Origin: Octopus bimaculoides
Taxonomy: Eukaryota
NCBI RefSeq assembly: GCF_001194135.2
Contig: NC_068998.1
Location: forward strand, 30,247,552 to 30,290,193
Reading direction: 5' to 3'
Length of the DNA stretch: 42,642 bases
Positions 11,957 to 23,764 of the stretch are shown here, piece by piece. The position numbers and the translations under genes are program-made. The notes beneath the pieces were generated by a model, which was given only the letters and a program-made list of their open reading frames with translations, did not search any database and had not been told where the DNA came from. The first letter of the stretch is position 1, and each line of letters opens with the position of its first letter.

Positions 11957-12963
11957 CTGAAAAGAAGAAAGAACAATGGGATCAAGATGATACAAAAACA
12001 ATAAATTAAAGCTAATTTCTGAGATGGAAAAATTTGGGGGAATAATTTGCAATCCATTCCAAATATGGTTCCGTGTCAAAAACAATGCCTTATTAGAACC
12101 TGTTCAGAATGACCTCTTTTGTTGTTGCTATTCGTTAGCCCCAAGTAAACTCCAGTGAAGTTGACCTATGATTAGAGGCAATCCAGCTGCTACCCTCTCT
12201 TTTTGGGGGTGTCTAGACTATATTAGTTGATGTGTTTTTTAGGCTTTTAAGACTGTGAACCTGTAGTGGTCATGTGTGTATATGTGGAGTGTGTGTGTAT
12301 ATGGAATGGTGTGTATGTGAAGCATGTGGATAGGACAAAGAAGATAAGGTATCAGACTAGCAGCTCATGAGTTCTAAGTTCATAATTTCAGTAAATTGAT
12401 TGTTGTGTGCCTGTATAAGACACAAAACCCTCACTGTCCAATTTTCATGGACTTAATTATGTATGATATATTTTACATTCATGGTTTTGATAGATTGTTA
12501 AGAGAAAAATCATTTTAATGCTAGACATGTTCCTATTCCTACTAGAAACCATAATATATGTAACACAGGATAAGTATACACACTGTGCTACATAAATCTC
12601 AAACATATATCCCCTGTTAATCTCAATGTTTAAAAAAAACAAAAAAAAAACACTTATTCTAAATGAACACATATTTCTAAATGAGAATAATCAGTAAGAG
12701 AAAGTCTGAAGCACTACACTTTTTATTTTAGCATTTTGCAGTCTACATTCCAATGTTAGTACATATGTATTTGCATACTTCTATGTATATACACAATGTA
12801 TGCATGAAACTAAGGAAGTAACTGCAGTAAAGAGTAAACTGGATTTGAAGTGACACAGAAAGAATATTACTAATCTCAAATAATATTCTTACTGAATGGT
12901 TGAATGTTTAGTGAAGGGAAGGTTAGTAATATCTAGTTATAAAATCTCAAGAAGGGATAGAGT

Positions 12964-13260
12964 AGTAACATAAAGCGAGTAGCCACATCAAAGTAGCAGA
13001 TGAATGTTACTACTAGTTTAACCCCAGCAGATTCTCTGCTAGCTGGTTTTCAGTGAAAGCTCTGCACCCTTTATATACAATATATTGCTAGTAGGAGGAG
13101 CAAACCCCTACTGGAAGGTAGTAGGGGTTCGCCTCCCCTGTTAGCGATATAAAGGGTGCAGAGCTTGCATCGAAAATCAGCTAGTGGAGAATTTGCCTGG
13201 GGTTAAACTAGTAGTAACATTTATTGCTACTTTGATGTGGCTGCTCGCTTTACTGTTATT
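12964..13260. mobile_element. ~297-bp foldback (MITE-like) imperfect palindrome
   Basis: Arms pair over most of the length (e.g. gttactactagtttaaccccag / ctggggttaaactagtagtaac; aacccctact / agtaggggtt) around a 7-nt loop at 13113-13119. Confidence 0.9.
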
Positions 13261-13580
13261 AATATATTTACTTTTAAAACAATGCCCAAAGTTAAAAAAA
13301 CCTTTTTCTTGGATTATAATGGAAGACTAGAACAAATAATAACAATATAGTTATTTGTAATAATTGTTATTACACAATACTGCCAACAAGTATGACAACA
13401 GGTTTTTATCAAAATAGTTATAAATAGTAACTATTATACAGTGTTACTAGCAACACTTGTGAAATAAATCAATATCGCACATTACTAAAATACTATAGAT
13501 GATAAAGAAATATGCAAAATAGTAGGCTCTATACTTTCAAATGAGTAAATAAAAACAATTAAGTAAAAGTAGACACCAAC

Positions 13581-13631
13581 CAGTTGCTTCCAAGGCATCT
13601 TCATATGATGTAGAGTCAGGTTTATTATCCT
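13581..13631 (-). CDS. SV2: 51-nt exon of the SV2-like gene
   Basis: Acceptor ttctttttcttttag, donor gttggt, phase 1-1. Translates (x)DNKPDSTSYEDALEAT(G) and joins in frame to the 11795-11956 exon, giving the typical YEDA.E.TG.G.F motif. Confidence 0.82.
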
Positions 13632-13919
13632 CTAAAAGAAAAAGAATTAAACACAAATGAATATACAACACTTTATAATTTAACATGAGATGATATTACA
13701 TTCAGGATACTTTATAACAGATAAAGCATTATCAGTTATAAAGTATTATAACACATTAGCATATCTGTATCGTCAAAGATGCCAATGGTTTTATTAATGA
13801 TAGATAATGGCATCTCAAAACAATGGGAGAAACCATTGATAAATGTCAGCAATCAAGTAAATATATGTACATACAAAGAATTGAAGCACTGTTGTACAGT
13901 TATAACATCTTGCTTGCGA

Positions 13920-14002
13920 ATACACACGCACATGCACGCATGCACACACACACATGCACACATGCATACACACACGCATGCACACACGCATGCACACACA
14001 CA

Positions 14003-14032
<30 letters not shown>
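13920..14032. repeat. Compound (CA)n/(CATA)n microsatellite
   Basis: Read directly. Confidence 0.95.
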
Positions 14033-14033
<1 letters not shown>

Positions 14034-14689
14034 CAATTTAAATACACAACCGAAAGAGCTACTAATGGTTTCATGCTACTATGATACTTGAACAGACATA
14101 TTTATAAAATACACTATGTATCTTAAAGCAATTTTTCTGGTTCTGTTTATGCATAATATATATATTTTTTAAAATAGAATGTTGGATAGTAAGAAAACAT
14201 GGAAAAAACAGATTGGTGCAAAAAATGGAATAAGTAAAAAGAAATGAAATATAAAAAAACTAAGATTTTCATCCTCCCTTATTGCAGAAAGCTCATTAAA
14301 TACAACCAGTTTAGAACAAAATAACAGTTAATATGTGAAAGTCTGCAAGAGAGCAACTCAATCAGGAGCCAATCATAGATTGACCAATGATTTTGCATTC
14401 ACCAAGTGCTTAACCTTATAAACTATTTTTCAGACTCCAATAACCATGGACATATAGCTTCTTTTCAAACTGGAGATAGAAAACCATAACAGTCAGTTAA
14501 TTTGTAAACAAAAAAGTACAATATATTGTCTGAGCCTTAAATGGGATGGGTTACCGCCCTTAGATTGGTCTGGTTAGCAAATTTTTACAGTCCTAATCAA
14601 TGAATGGGGAATTTCCACCCTTAGGCTGGTTCCAGTCCACAATTATAGCCCTAATCGATACATGGGGAATCTCAAGTCGGCAACAGGCA

Positions 14690-14960
14690 GTGTTTAAAAT
14701 GCAGACAAGGGTTATAGATCTCATTTCTGGAGTTTAAGAGAGTCACTGGGTTAAGCGTGTCTTTAAGGATCCTTGCCCGCTCTTCTATGCAAAGCTTGCA
14801 TTGTCTGCTCCCATTTATATAGGACTCCAGTTACTCTATAAGCCTTTATTTAATTTCATATGGAATTCCTTCATCCTTAAGGTGCTACACATGGCTGGCT
14901 AGAGACATGACATAACACCTTTCCAGAATCCTAAAATAGGCTAAAGGTCAATCTCTCTGA
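14690..14960 (-). mobile_element. Penelope-like element, C-terminal GIY-YIG region fragment
   Basis: Reverse translation LASHV*HLKDEGIPYEIK*RLIE...NGSRQCKLCIEERARILKDTLNPVTLLNSRNEIYNPCLH, matching the PLE C-terminal C..C.EE...I...LLN.R.E...C.H pattern. Confidence 0.8.
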
Positions 14961-15019
14961 CTTCACATATCAATAAAATCATGGAGTGAATCATCAGAAG
15001 GAACCTACAGGAAAATGAC

Positions 15020-16285
15020 CTAATGAACAATACACAATACACAGCATGGCTTTTGTCCAGGAAGAAGCGGCCTCACACAGCTCCTACAGTACTATAACTG
15101 GATTTTGAAACAGTTGCTTGACCATTCAGATGTCAGCATGATATACCTTGACTTTGCAAAGGCATTAGATAAGGTAGATCATGGCATGATATGTCATAAG
15201 CTGTGAAACCTTGGCATTGCTGGTAAAATGGGAGAGTGTCTGCACGACATCCTTAAAGACAGAAGTCAAGCAGTTGCAGCCAATAGCGCCCTTTCTGAGG
15301 AAACTCAAATCCCAAGTGGTGTTCCCTAGGGAGCTGTTCTGGGGCCACTACTGTTTATAATAGCCCTCTTAGACATGTCCATGGTCATTTGGACAGCCAC
15401 TGTCACTAGCTATGCTGATGATACAAAATTATCACAGGCAATAAAAAATCAAGATGATATCACAAGCTTATAGTAGGACCTGAATGCAATACACAAGTGG
15501 GCCAAAGTAAACAACATGCAGTTTAATGCTGGAAAATTTCGAGCACTGCACTATCAACTCAACAATGCACTGCAGCCTGCATATACAGGACCCGAAGGCA
15601 TTACAATCCCAGAGTCACTGGCAGTGAAANNNNNNNNNNNNNNNNNNNNNNNNNNNNNNNNNNNNNNNNNNNNNNNNNNNNNNNNNNNNNNNNNNNNNNN
15701 NNNNNNNNNNNNNNNNNNNNNNNNNNNNNNNNNNNNNNNNNNNNNNNNNNNNNNNNNNNNNNNNNNNNNNNNNNNNNNNNNNNNNNNNNNNNNNNNNNNN
15801 NNNNNNNNNNNNNNNNNNNNNNCAGTATGTGCAATGATGCATTATTTCATATGCACATTACTAAGATGGCAGCAAAGTGCAGACAACTGGCAGGATGGAT
15901 ACTAAGGTTCTTCAAGGCAAGAGACTAAGAAACTATGTTGACTCTACAGAGAACCTTTGTTCTCAGCCACCTGGACTACTGCTCCCAGTTATGGTCACCA
16001 CATAGTGCCAAACTAACAGCAGAGCTTGAAGCAGTTCAATGCCACTACACTAAAAAAGAGTGAAACAGTGTAGCAGATGAGCTACAGGGAGAGGTTGAAA
16101 AAACTAACTTTACTCCCAGGAGCAAAAGTGCAACAAACATGTAATAATATACATATGGAAAACTCTAGAAGGGCTAGTACCTAATTTTGGCATTGAGTGT
16201 TATACAAATGCCAGAACTGGACACCATTGTATTGTACCAAAGGTACTATCCACTCCACCTAAATTCAAGACCAGGCACTGTAGTA
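15020..16285 (+). mobile_element. CR1-group LINE RT fragment spanning an N-gap
   Basis: HGFCPGRS, YLDFAKALDKVDHG, SGVP.GAVLGPLLFII, YADDTKL, and LDYCSQLWSPH...ELEAVQ. Confidence 0.88.
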
Positions 16286-16334
16286 ACAGTATGTATGTAT
16301 ATATATATGGGTACATATGTGTGTATGTGTATGT

Positions 16335-16722
16335 GTGTATGTGTGTATGCATGTGCATGAGAAGACCCGGCAAGCCAAGTGAGACCATAATCCGTGGCCT
16401 TCGCCAAGGGTGTAGCCAGCCCACTTATGCATACCTTTCCTTTCCTTCATTAGACACTAAACTCTGCTTGCGAAGACCTGTTAAGGCAAGGGAAATTGAA
16501 CCAAATTCGTCAACTGGCACCCATGCCAGCCTTTCCTTCATTGGACACTAAATTCTGCTTGCGAAGACCTGTTGGGGCAAGTGAAATCGAAATTGTAATT
16601 GAACCAAATTCGATGACTGGCACCTGTGCCAGTGGAGCGCTAACAGCACCGTCCAAGCGTGATCATTACCAGAGCAATGTAAATAGCACCATTTGAGCGG
16701 ACGTTAAACGATGATGATGCAG
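16335..16722 (+). mobile_element. RTE 3'-UTR-derived element with ~95-bp tandem duplication
   Basis: Starts atgagaagacccggcaag (cf. reverse complement at ~9605-9625). Two units cctttccttcatt.gacactaaa.tctgcttgcgaagacctg. Ends ggacgttaaacgatgatgatg. Confidence 0.8.
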
Positions 16723-17261
16723 ATGATATATGGTTGGTCATGTGTGTGTGTGTGTCTGCATAAGTATTTATGCATATATGTGTGTGTGATTGTGTGTACA
16801 CTATGTGTGTATACTAAATGCATGTATATATGTGTGATTATATTGGTATGTAGAATCATTGGCTTGTATGTTTGTACTTAAGTCTTATGACATCATTTCA
16901 CTCCAAAATAAACCGAAAAAAATTTTATTTCTCTATTCTTGATCTATTTAATTCTCCTTTCCCTGTCTTGTTTTTATATANNNNNNNNNNNNNNATATAT
17001 AAAATTTAATAATAAGTGTAGAAATTGATATTAATCAATTAAAACCAGTGGTCTAGTATATTTTTTAAAATAATCCGAAGATTAAAATTATATTACAAAA
17101 ATAAGAGGAATGACCAGCAAAAAGTGGACTCCTATATGCTAGAAATAGATGCTGAATCATCTAACCACGAAAAATATGTTCTCAGTAAAAATTTCAGCGA
17201 GAGCAACAGACTGTAAAGGGGCAAGACAAAAGAAAAAATACTAAATAAAAAAGCGATTAAC

Positions 17262-17326
17262 CTATGTACCATGGTTTCACCTGTTAATACTTACATAAGT
17301 AAATATCTGCAGGATCATCAGCGTAG
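17262..17326 (-). ncRNA. Minimal type I hammerhead ribozyme motif, intact core
   Basis: ctacg-CTGATGA-tcctg...cagg-t-GAAAC-catg-GTA-catag. Stem III is the palindrome ACCATGGT; stem I is ctacg/catag with 1 mismatch; predicted cleavage between 17267 and 17266. Confidence 0.7.
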
Positions 17327-17793
17327 TCTGTCGATTTATAAAATATAATTTCCAGTACTAGACACAGAACGTTTACCCGAAAGGGAGCACGTGTAGAGTT
17401 CTACAAATTACATTCAGTGTATCCTTTCAAATGTCTTAAATCTGGCGTGCTGAGTCCGGAAATAACTCTGCAGCTAATTTACCGGTTTTTTTTTGTATGT
17501 AATATAATTTTAATCTTCGGATCTTTTTTTAAAATATGCTAGACCACTGGTTTTAATTGATTAATTAATATCAATTTCTACCCTTATTATTAAATTTTAA
17601 ATAATGATGTTCTCAAACTGGTAAATTAGCTGCAGAAATTTATTAACTGCAGAGTTATTTCCGGACTCAGCATGCCAGATTTAAGACATTTGAAAGGATA
17701 CACTGAATGTAATTTGCAGAACTCTACACGTGCTCCCTTTCAGGTGAACGTTCTGTGTCTAGTTCTGGAAATTATATTTTATAAATCGACAGA

Positions 17794-17858
17794 CTACGCT
17801 GATAATCCTGCAGATATTTACTTATGTAAGTATTAACAGGTGAAACCATGGTACATAG
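17794..17858 (+). ncRNA. Hammerhead motif copy with G8>A core mutation (CTGATAA)
   Basis: Same sequence as 17262-17326 except CTGATAA at 17799-17805; probably inactive. Confidence 0.6.
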
Positions 17859-18026
17859 GTTAATCGCTTTTTTATTTAGTATTTTTCCATTTGTCTTGCC
17901 CTTTTACAGTCTGTTCTCTCGCTGAAATTTTTACTGAGGACATATTTTTCATGGTTAGATGATTCGGCATCTATTTCTAGCATATAGAAGTCCACTTTTT
18001 GTTGGTCATTCCTCTTATTTTGTATG

Positions 18027-18058
<32 letters not shown>

Positions 18059-18091
18059 GTGTGTGTGTGTGTGCATCTATATACATGTATG

Positions 18092-18136
<45 letters not shown>

Positions 18137-18169
18137 GTGTGTGTGTGTGTGCATCTATATACATGTATG

Positions 18170-18218
<49 letters not shown>

Positions 18219-18290
18219 GTGTGTGTGTGTGTGTTAGAGAGAGAGAGAGAGAGATAGACAGACAGACAGAGACAGAGACTGAGTGTGTGT
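18027..18290. repeat. Compound (AT)n/(GT)n/(GA)n microsatellite with 78-bp higher-order duplication
   Basis: acgtgtgtgtgtgtgcatctatatacatgtatgtatgtgt at 18057 and 18135. Confidence 0.95.
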
Positions 18291-19149
18291 GCATGTAGGT
18301 TTATGTTTCTAGTTAAACAGCCCTACCTACAGACTGGACAACTAACTCAAAAATACCAGTTTGAAACCACTTTTAAGCAAGAAACACCTATCAGAATCTC
18401 CTTTAGTAAACACCTAATATCTTATACACGTCTAATTAATCAAGTTGAAAAATTACCAGAAAAGTCATTTCTATCCATTTTTTCAAATAAATATAGGTAT
18501 ATGCATATGTATATATTCACATTCTACATATGCATATTTATATATATATCTATATCTATGCATGTGCATGCACATACATATGTGCATGTGAATATATGTG
18601 CGCATGCACATGTTTGTTTTCATATCTCAGATTTATGGAACCGGAGTCATTGACAACTTCACATGAACAACATTCTTTTTTGAGGACATGATACATGAAC
18701 AATAACATTTTAAAACAAAAAATGTGTAATATCTACTTTTGCGTGCGTGTGTGAATCTGATAAATATAATTTACAATAAAGGTTTGCCGTTTCATTTTGA
18801 TTGAAATACCAGATATTGTAGAGTAAAACCTCTGACTGCATTTCACCTGCATTTAGCATCCCTGACAATCACTCATTCCCCATTTTGATTGTTTCAGTTT
18901 CTCTTCTACCAGCATGACCAACTGCATTTTATTATTTTTATGATAACACTTTACTGTTATCACTCTGTATGGGACAGGAAATAACAGCTAAGTGACAGTT
19001 TGAAAGCAAGACACCACATCTAGATTATCACAACAAATACTGTCCTGTATCAACACCCAAACCTAAAGAAGAGACTACTATCACTACCACCACCATCACA
19101 ACCAATACTACTACTCCTACAACTAATAATAATGATAATAATAATAATA

Positions 19150-19182
<33 letters not shown>

Positions 19183-19294
19183 GAAGCCCCTGCATGAACA
19201 ATATATTTCAAAGTTGAAATGAACACCATCCTCAGCCAGTAATTGAAGGTAAAAATGTTACTAACCTCTGGGTTAGTCAACACTAACAGAATGA

Positions 19295-19795
19295 TCTAGG
19301 CTAATCAACCAGACATAATTATTAAAGATAGGGAAGAAAATACTTGTAGACTAATAAATGTAAGTGATAAAAATATATCTGTAAAGGAATTTGACAAATT
19401 ATGTAAATATAAGGTACTGAAAATTGAAATACAAAAGATGTGGCATCTTAAAGGAAGAACTGTTCCTGTTATTGTAGGTGCTCTAGATATAATAAAAAAA
19501 GGGATGCCAGAAACATCTAGACAACATCCCAGGAGAACAATGTCTCAGAGAAATTCAAAAGATTGTACTGACAAGTACTGCCCATATCCTAAGAAAAACC
19601 CTACCAATTTAAATGTCTGTGTTATATTACATGAAGATACTTCACTACTGCCCCTGCCACTTCCCCTCCCAAGGCTTTCAATCATACTGTAACATCTCTT
19701 ATTGTTCACTCACCCTATGGCACTGGGTGTACCTCGGCAAGTGATTGTAACAAACTTGCAGATTAAAAGTAAATAACAATAATAATAATAATAAA
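19295..19795 (+). mobile_element. R4/Dong-like LINE 3' fragment (restriction-like endonuclease) with (TAA)n tail
   Basis: ANQPDIIIKDREENTCRLINV...KEFDKLCKYKVLKIEIQKMWHLK..VPVIVGAL; ends aataacaataataataataa. Confidence 0.82.
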
Positions 19796-20315
19796 TGCTT
19801 GATGCAATACCAGGCATTGGCTCTCATGGCTTCTGATCTTAACTGATTGGAAGTGTTACCATGTACATGCTTTGTCTTGGTATAAAAGATGGACTATAGC
19901 AAATATTCTGCTCAATACCACAGATTTGTGTGTCAGTTGTTTGACCTTAACCAGTTGAACATATCTCTTAATGGCTGATATGTGCATCTCTGATCATAAG
20001 CAGAAGTAGTGGGGGAGCATCATAGTTATGTGTTGAAAGGAATTCTTTGGGGTTTGAATAATTCACCCTTGGAAAGGGTGTTTCATTCAACATCCTTAAA
20101 CAACCCTTATTCAGGGACCTTTTGAGCAGGATGGGCTACTCAACCTGAAAAGTATTTTAACTGGGCCCCACCTGAAAGGTCATGCACTGTTTATCTTGAT
20201 ATGAGATCACCATGTCGCACACATATGGTTGTGATGTATGTGCCTGGTGTACCCTTATCAGACAGGTAGTCATAATGGGTATACTGGGCTTCGTATATTT
20301 ATACCCAGTGTCACA
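19795..20315. other. Probable interspersed repeat, unclassified
   Basis: Sits between an R4 tail and a SINE and resembles an abundant octopus repeat from memory. There is no second copy in the window. Confidence 0.35.
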
Positions 20316-20334
20316 AGGCCTGAAATTCGGGTGG

Positions 20335-20507
20335 AGGTGACTAGTTGATTACATTGACCCTAGTGTTTCACGGATACTTAATCTATTGACCCCAAAAGGC
20401 TGAAAGTCAAAGTCAACCATGCCAGCATTTGAACTCAGAATGTAGCGAAGAGTGAAATACCACTAAGCCGTTCTTCCAGTGTGCTAACGATTCCGTCAGC
20501 TTACTGC
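20335..20507 (-). mobile_element. tRNA-derived SINE with conserved central domain
   Basis: Reverse strand reads gcagtaagctgacggaatcgttagcac...ctgagttcaaatg...cagccttttggggtcaatagattaagta (B-box-like gagttcaaat). Confidence 0.7.
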
Positions 20508-20514
20508 AAGAAGG

Positions 20515-21270
20515 AGAAAGAGGAGGAGGAGGAGGAGGAGGAGGAGGATTGTAGGATTTTTAGATGTTTTTCAAATTGGGTGGTTTTCAGATGTTTTTTC
20601 AGAGTGCTCCGATGACAATAGGGATAACCTTTATGTTCAACTCTCATAACTGCCACATATTAGCAATCTCAATTCTCATGTCTCCATATTTACCAACTTT
20701 TCCTCTTTCTTTCATGATGATATGTTGATCTCCTGGCACTGCTACGTTGATTATTAGGCACTCTTATTTGTCCCACCAAAAGGTTACTATATCTGGCCTT
20801 CAATGCTCCAACACTTTGTTTGTCTGGAGATCAAAGTCCCAGAGGATTTTTGCCTTCCTCTTTTCGTCCATTACCTTTTCTGGTGTATGTTGGTACCAAG
20901 CCCCTGTAACCTCATATCCATACTTACGGCAGAGTAGCCAGTGGAAGTTTTGGACTACTTTGTTCTATCTGCATTGTACTCTTTCTGTGCAAGACTTTCA
21001 CAAGAACTAACAATGTGAGTCACACTTTCGACCCTCTTCCCACACATTCTGCAGAGGTCCGATACACTTGTGTGGTATATATTCTTTTCACTGAGTTGGT
21101 ACTCAATGCCTGGTCCTGGGCCATGATGATTAGGCTTTCAGTATTTTTTCTAGGTCACCCTTCTGGAGCCACCTCCATGATGCTCCCTGGTCTTTTAATT
21201 TGTTGGTTTCACAGTGGAACTGACCATGTAACTCCATTTGGAATTGGGTTTAGCGGGGCCTGTGAATATT
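20515..21270 (-). mobile_element. Second R4/Dong-like LINE 3' fragment
   Basis: Reverse translation ESVTH..CKVL...AWYQHTPEKV...AKILWDFDLQTNKVLEH*RPDIV...IINVAVPGD...KVIPIVIGAL; followed by a (CCT)n tract. Confidence 0.82.
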
Positions 21271-21561
21271 TCAAGGAATTAATGATAAACCTATTGGGTT
21301 ATTTCTGAAAACTTTATCCAAAAAACCTGAAAGTGTAGCCTGTGTTGTGTCTGTATGGAAAGATAGTTGCTCATCTGCTATTCATTGAAAAGTGAAAGAT
21401 TACTTAAAACACTTTATATATACATTTCATGCACAATTTTATATACTTGATACATAGCATATAAAACTGGTAATAGTGATGGCAAATTGGCATGAGACTT
21501 TCAAAATGAAATTCTCTCAAGGTATCAAAATGTAAGCAGGATGATTAACGATATTTTAGAA

Positions 21562-21872
21562 CAGGGGTCCAGGGAACTTTTTTAACCAATTACATCAAAA
21601 TATATTTATTTATGCCAATGTTGACCCCTTGATGTGAAAGGAAGAAAATCATGAATTCTTTGAATTCAAAAGGTTTATTGAATCTATTTATATGAATTTA
21701 TTTACACATCCATTACATTGGATAGATGCAGTGTTGCCAAAAGAAAAATTTCTGTTGTAACAAGGAACACGCTTCTAATGGAACTTTACTTATGTCTAAT
21801 GAGTCCTCATTACCCCCAAGAATTTCATTTTTACCCCACTTGGGGTAATTTACCCCGGTTTGCTGACTCCTG
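21562..21872. mobile_element. hAT-type MITE, 311 bp, with 8-bp TSD
   Basis: Termini caggggtc / gactcctg; identical TTTTAGAA at 21554-21561 and 21873-21880. Confidence 0.85.
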
Positions 21873-22559
21873 TTTTAGAAAGTTGCCAGAGATCATTCTA
21901 AAAGATATAAGGAGAGGACAGTATTTCAGTGGTTTGTACTGTGTTGGCAGATTAAGGCTTACTTATCAGTTGAACAACTTTGTTTTTAAAGATGTGAAGC
22001 ACTGACCCTTCTCATTACGCTTTTATTAACTGGCATTTAGTTAATGCCTTCTAAAAAGGCACCATAAAGAAGATGGTAAGTTCTTAGCAATTTGAGTTTA
22101 CAATTCAGTTCTGACTTTCAGCTTTCACCATGTCATCTATATTGTTAGGGTTACTGAAAAAGACATAAGTAATACAGTTACACTTCCTCTTATGCTAAAA
22201 ATTATGAGTTCCATTCATACTCAAAGAATACAATAGGTTTTCATTCTAGTATACCTTCCATAAGTTATTATGATACACTGAATGCTAAATTCAGTAAACA
22301 GAGAGCTTTAGAAAAGAATGAGATAATTTCAATACATTGCCAGGATTAATAGTAAATTACTTGCTATGATAATCACACCCACTTCACTGAGCTTCACAAC
22401 AGAAAGGGCATGCTCAGCAAAAACTTATCAGAAAACATTTCCTGACAAAGGCAAGTGCATAACTTGGGCCAGTACAGTATAATCTAAGTGCTAGCAGAGA
22501 TTTATGAATAAAAGCCATCTCAAATGAGCCTGATCAAAAGAGAAAAATTAGGGAAAAGA

Positions 22560-23760
22560 TGACCCTCACAAATCCCACACATAAACAGTAAGACATGTAA
22601 TGAAAAATCACTTCTGTAACTAACAAAGATGCAGAGATGACAATATCAACACTAAAACATCTAAATAACAAAATAATCCTATCAGTAGTAACAATAACCC
22701 CTTTTCTTCAAGACATAATACTCCACTTCAAGGGTATAGAGACAGTAATGCAAAATGTAAGTAAACCCTTCAATTTTCATCAAAAGAAACAAAAACTTCT
22801 TTCTTTGTAGACACCAATTAACTCAACACCAGAAATTATAACCATAATTACAACTTGAGACAGAACCACAACCAAGAATAAACCAAGTTTTCACAGAAGA
22901 CCAGACAACAACACATTTAACCACTACAGGAATACTGATGTCTTCAACCAAAAACCAAGAAATTATTTTTTAGACACTATGGACAGAGTTCAAGCATTCA
23001 TGGAACATATTGAATGTAAAATTCCAAAGGTAATAAAATCTATCACACAAAACCCTGTCAACCCAATAAATTCAAATTCTCTTCAAAGGGCTAAAGTTCA
23101 CCCCCCACACTACTAAATTCTAACATGAATGAAATACTGAATGACATTTTGGAATTTTGGTAGAAAACTACATATAACAGAAGAATTAAGAAATTAAAAT
23201 AACTACAGTCCCAGCAAAAGGTATGGACCAAACTTAATATAAATTGCTATTTTGTAAATGTTTTTTTCTTATTACCACATCCAAAGTTTAAATCAAATAC
23301 CAGCTGAAAAGTATGGGAAACTCTCAATGATCTTGAGAATGATCACAATATGATTGTCAAAGAAGCTGATAAAGGTAATAGTATAGTTATTGTGAACTCA
23401 GACCATTATGAAAACACTACACCATCTCTACTTTGTGACATCTATTGTGAAACAGTAAATAATTACCAACAACCTAAAATAATAAAGAAACTCACAATCT
23501 TCATCAACGAGTTAATTATTTAAGATTTGAACGCAAAATCCCCAAATCTTCAAGAGCAAAACAATACAGCAAGCATGTAGAGGATCAACCTTACTGTTTG
23601 TTAACATACCACATCCCAAAGATCTCAAATTAAGACCAATTATAGCAGGCCCATCTTGTGAAATACATAGACTAAGTAACATTATTGATATGCTCATAAA
23701 AACCCAATCTTAGACATATACCATGCTTCATTAGAGATGACTTAGAATTTTTTAACCATC
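22560..23760 (+). mobile_element. Penelope-like element RT fragment, decayed
   Basis: IVKEADKGNSIVIVN (~23350-23395) and KLRPIIAGPSCEIHRLSNIIDMLIK (~23625-23700) are characteristic PLE RT motifs. The 5' boundary is uncertain. Confidence 0.8.
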
Positions 23761-23764
23761 TTTC

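Larger units (their letters stand above)
16995..18030. mobile_element. Inverted, circularly permuted pair of ~0.5-kb units, each with a hammerhead motif (Penelope pLTR / retrozyme-like)
   Basis: 17000-17095 is the reverse complement of ~17495-17600, and 17096-17485 is the reverse complement of ~17620-18025. Each B segment contains a hammerhead core. Confidence 0.75.

Noticed and set aside
14950-14997. Minus-strand CTGATGA near the Penelope fragment as a hammerhead
   Set aside because: A possible stem follows, but there is no GAAA box at the required position.
17876-18298. ORFs rich in YI/CV/HT repeats (also 13779-14084 and 16200-16450)
   Set aside because: They are translations of microsatellites.
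21958-22050. Minus-strand exon candidate (acceptor tttttag, donor gtaagc)
   Set aside because: All frames compatible with the downstream exon contain stops, and there is no SV2-like similarity.
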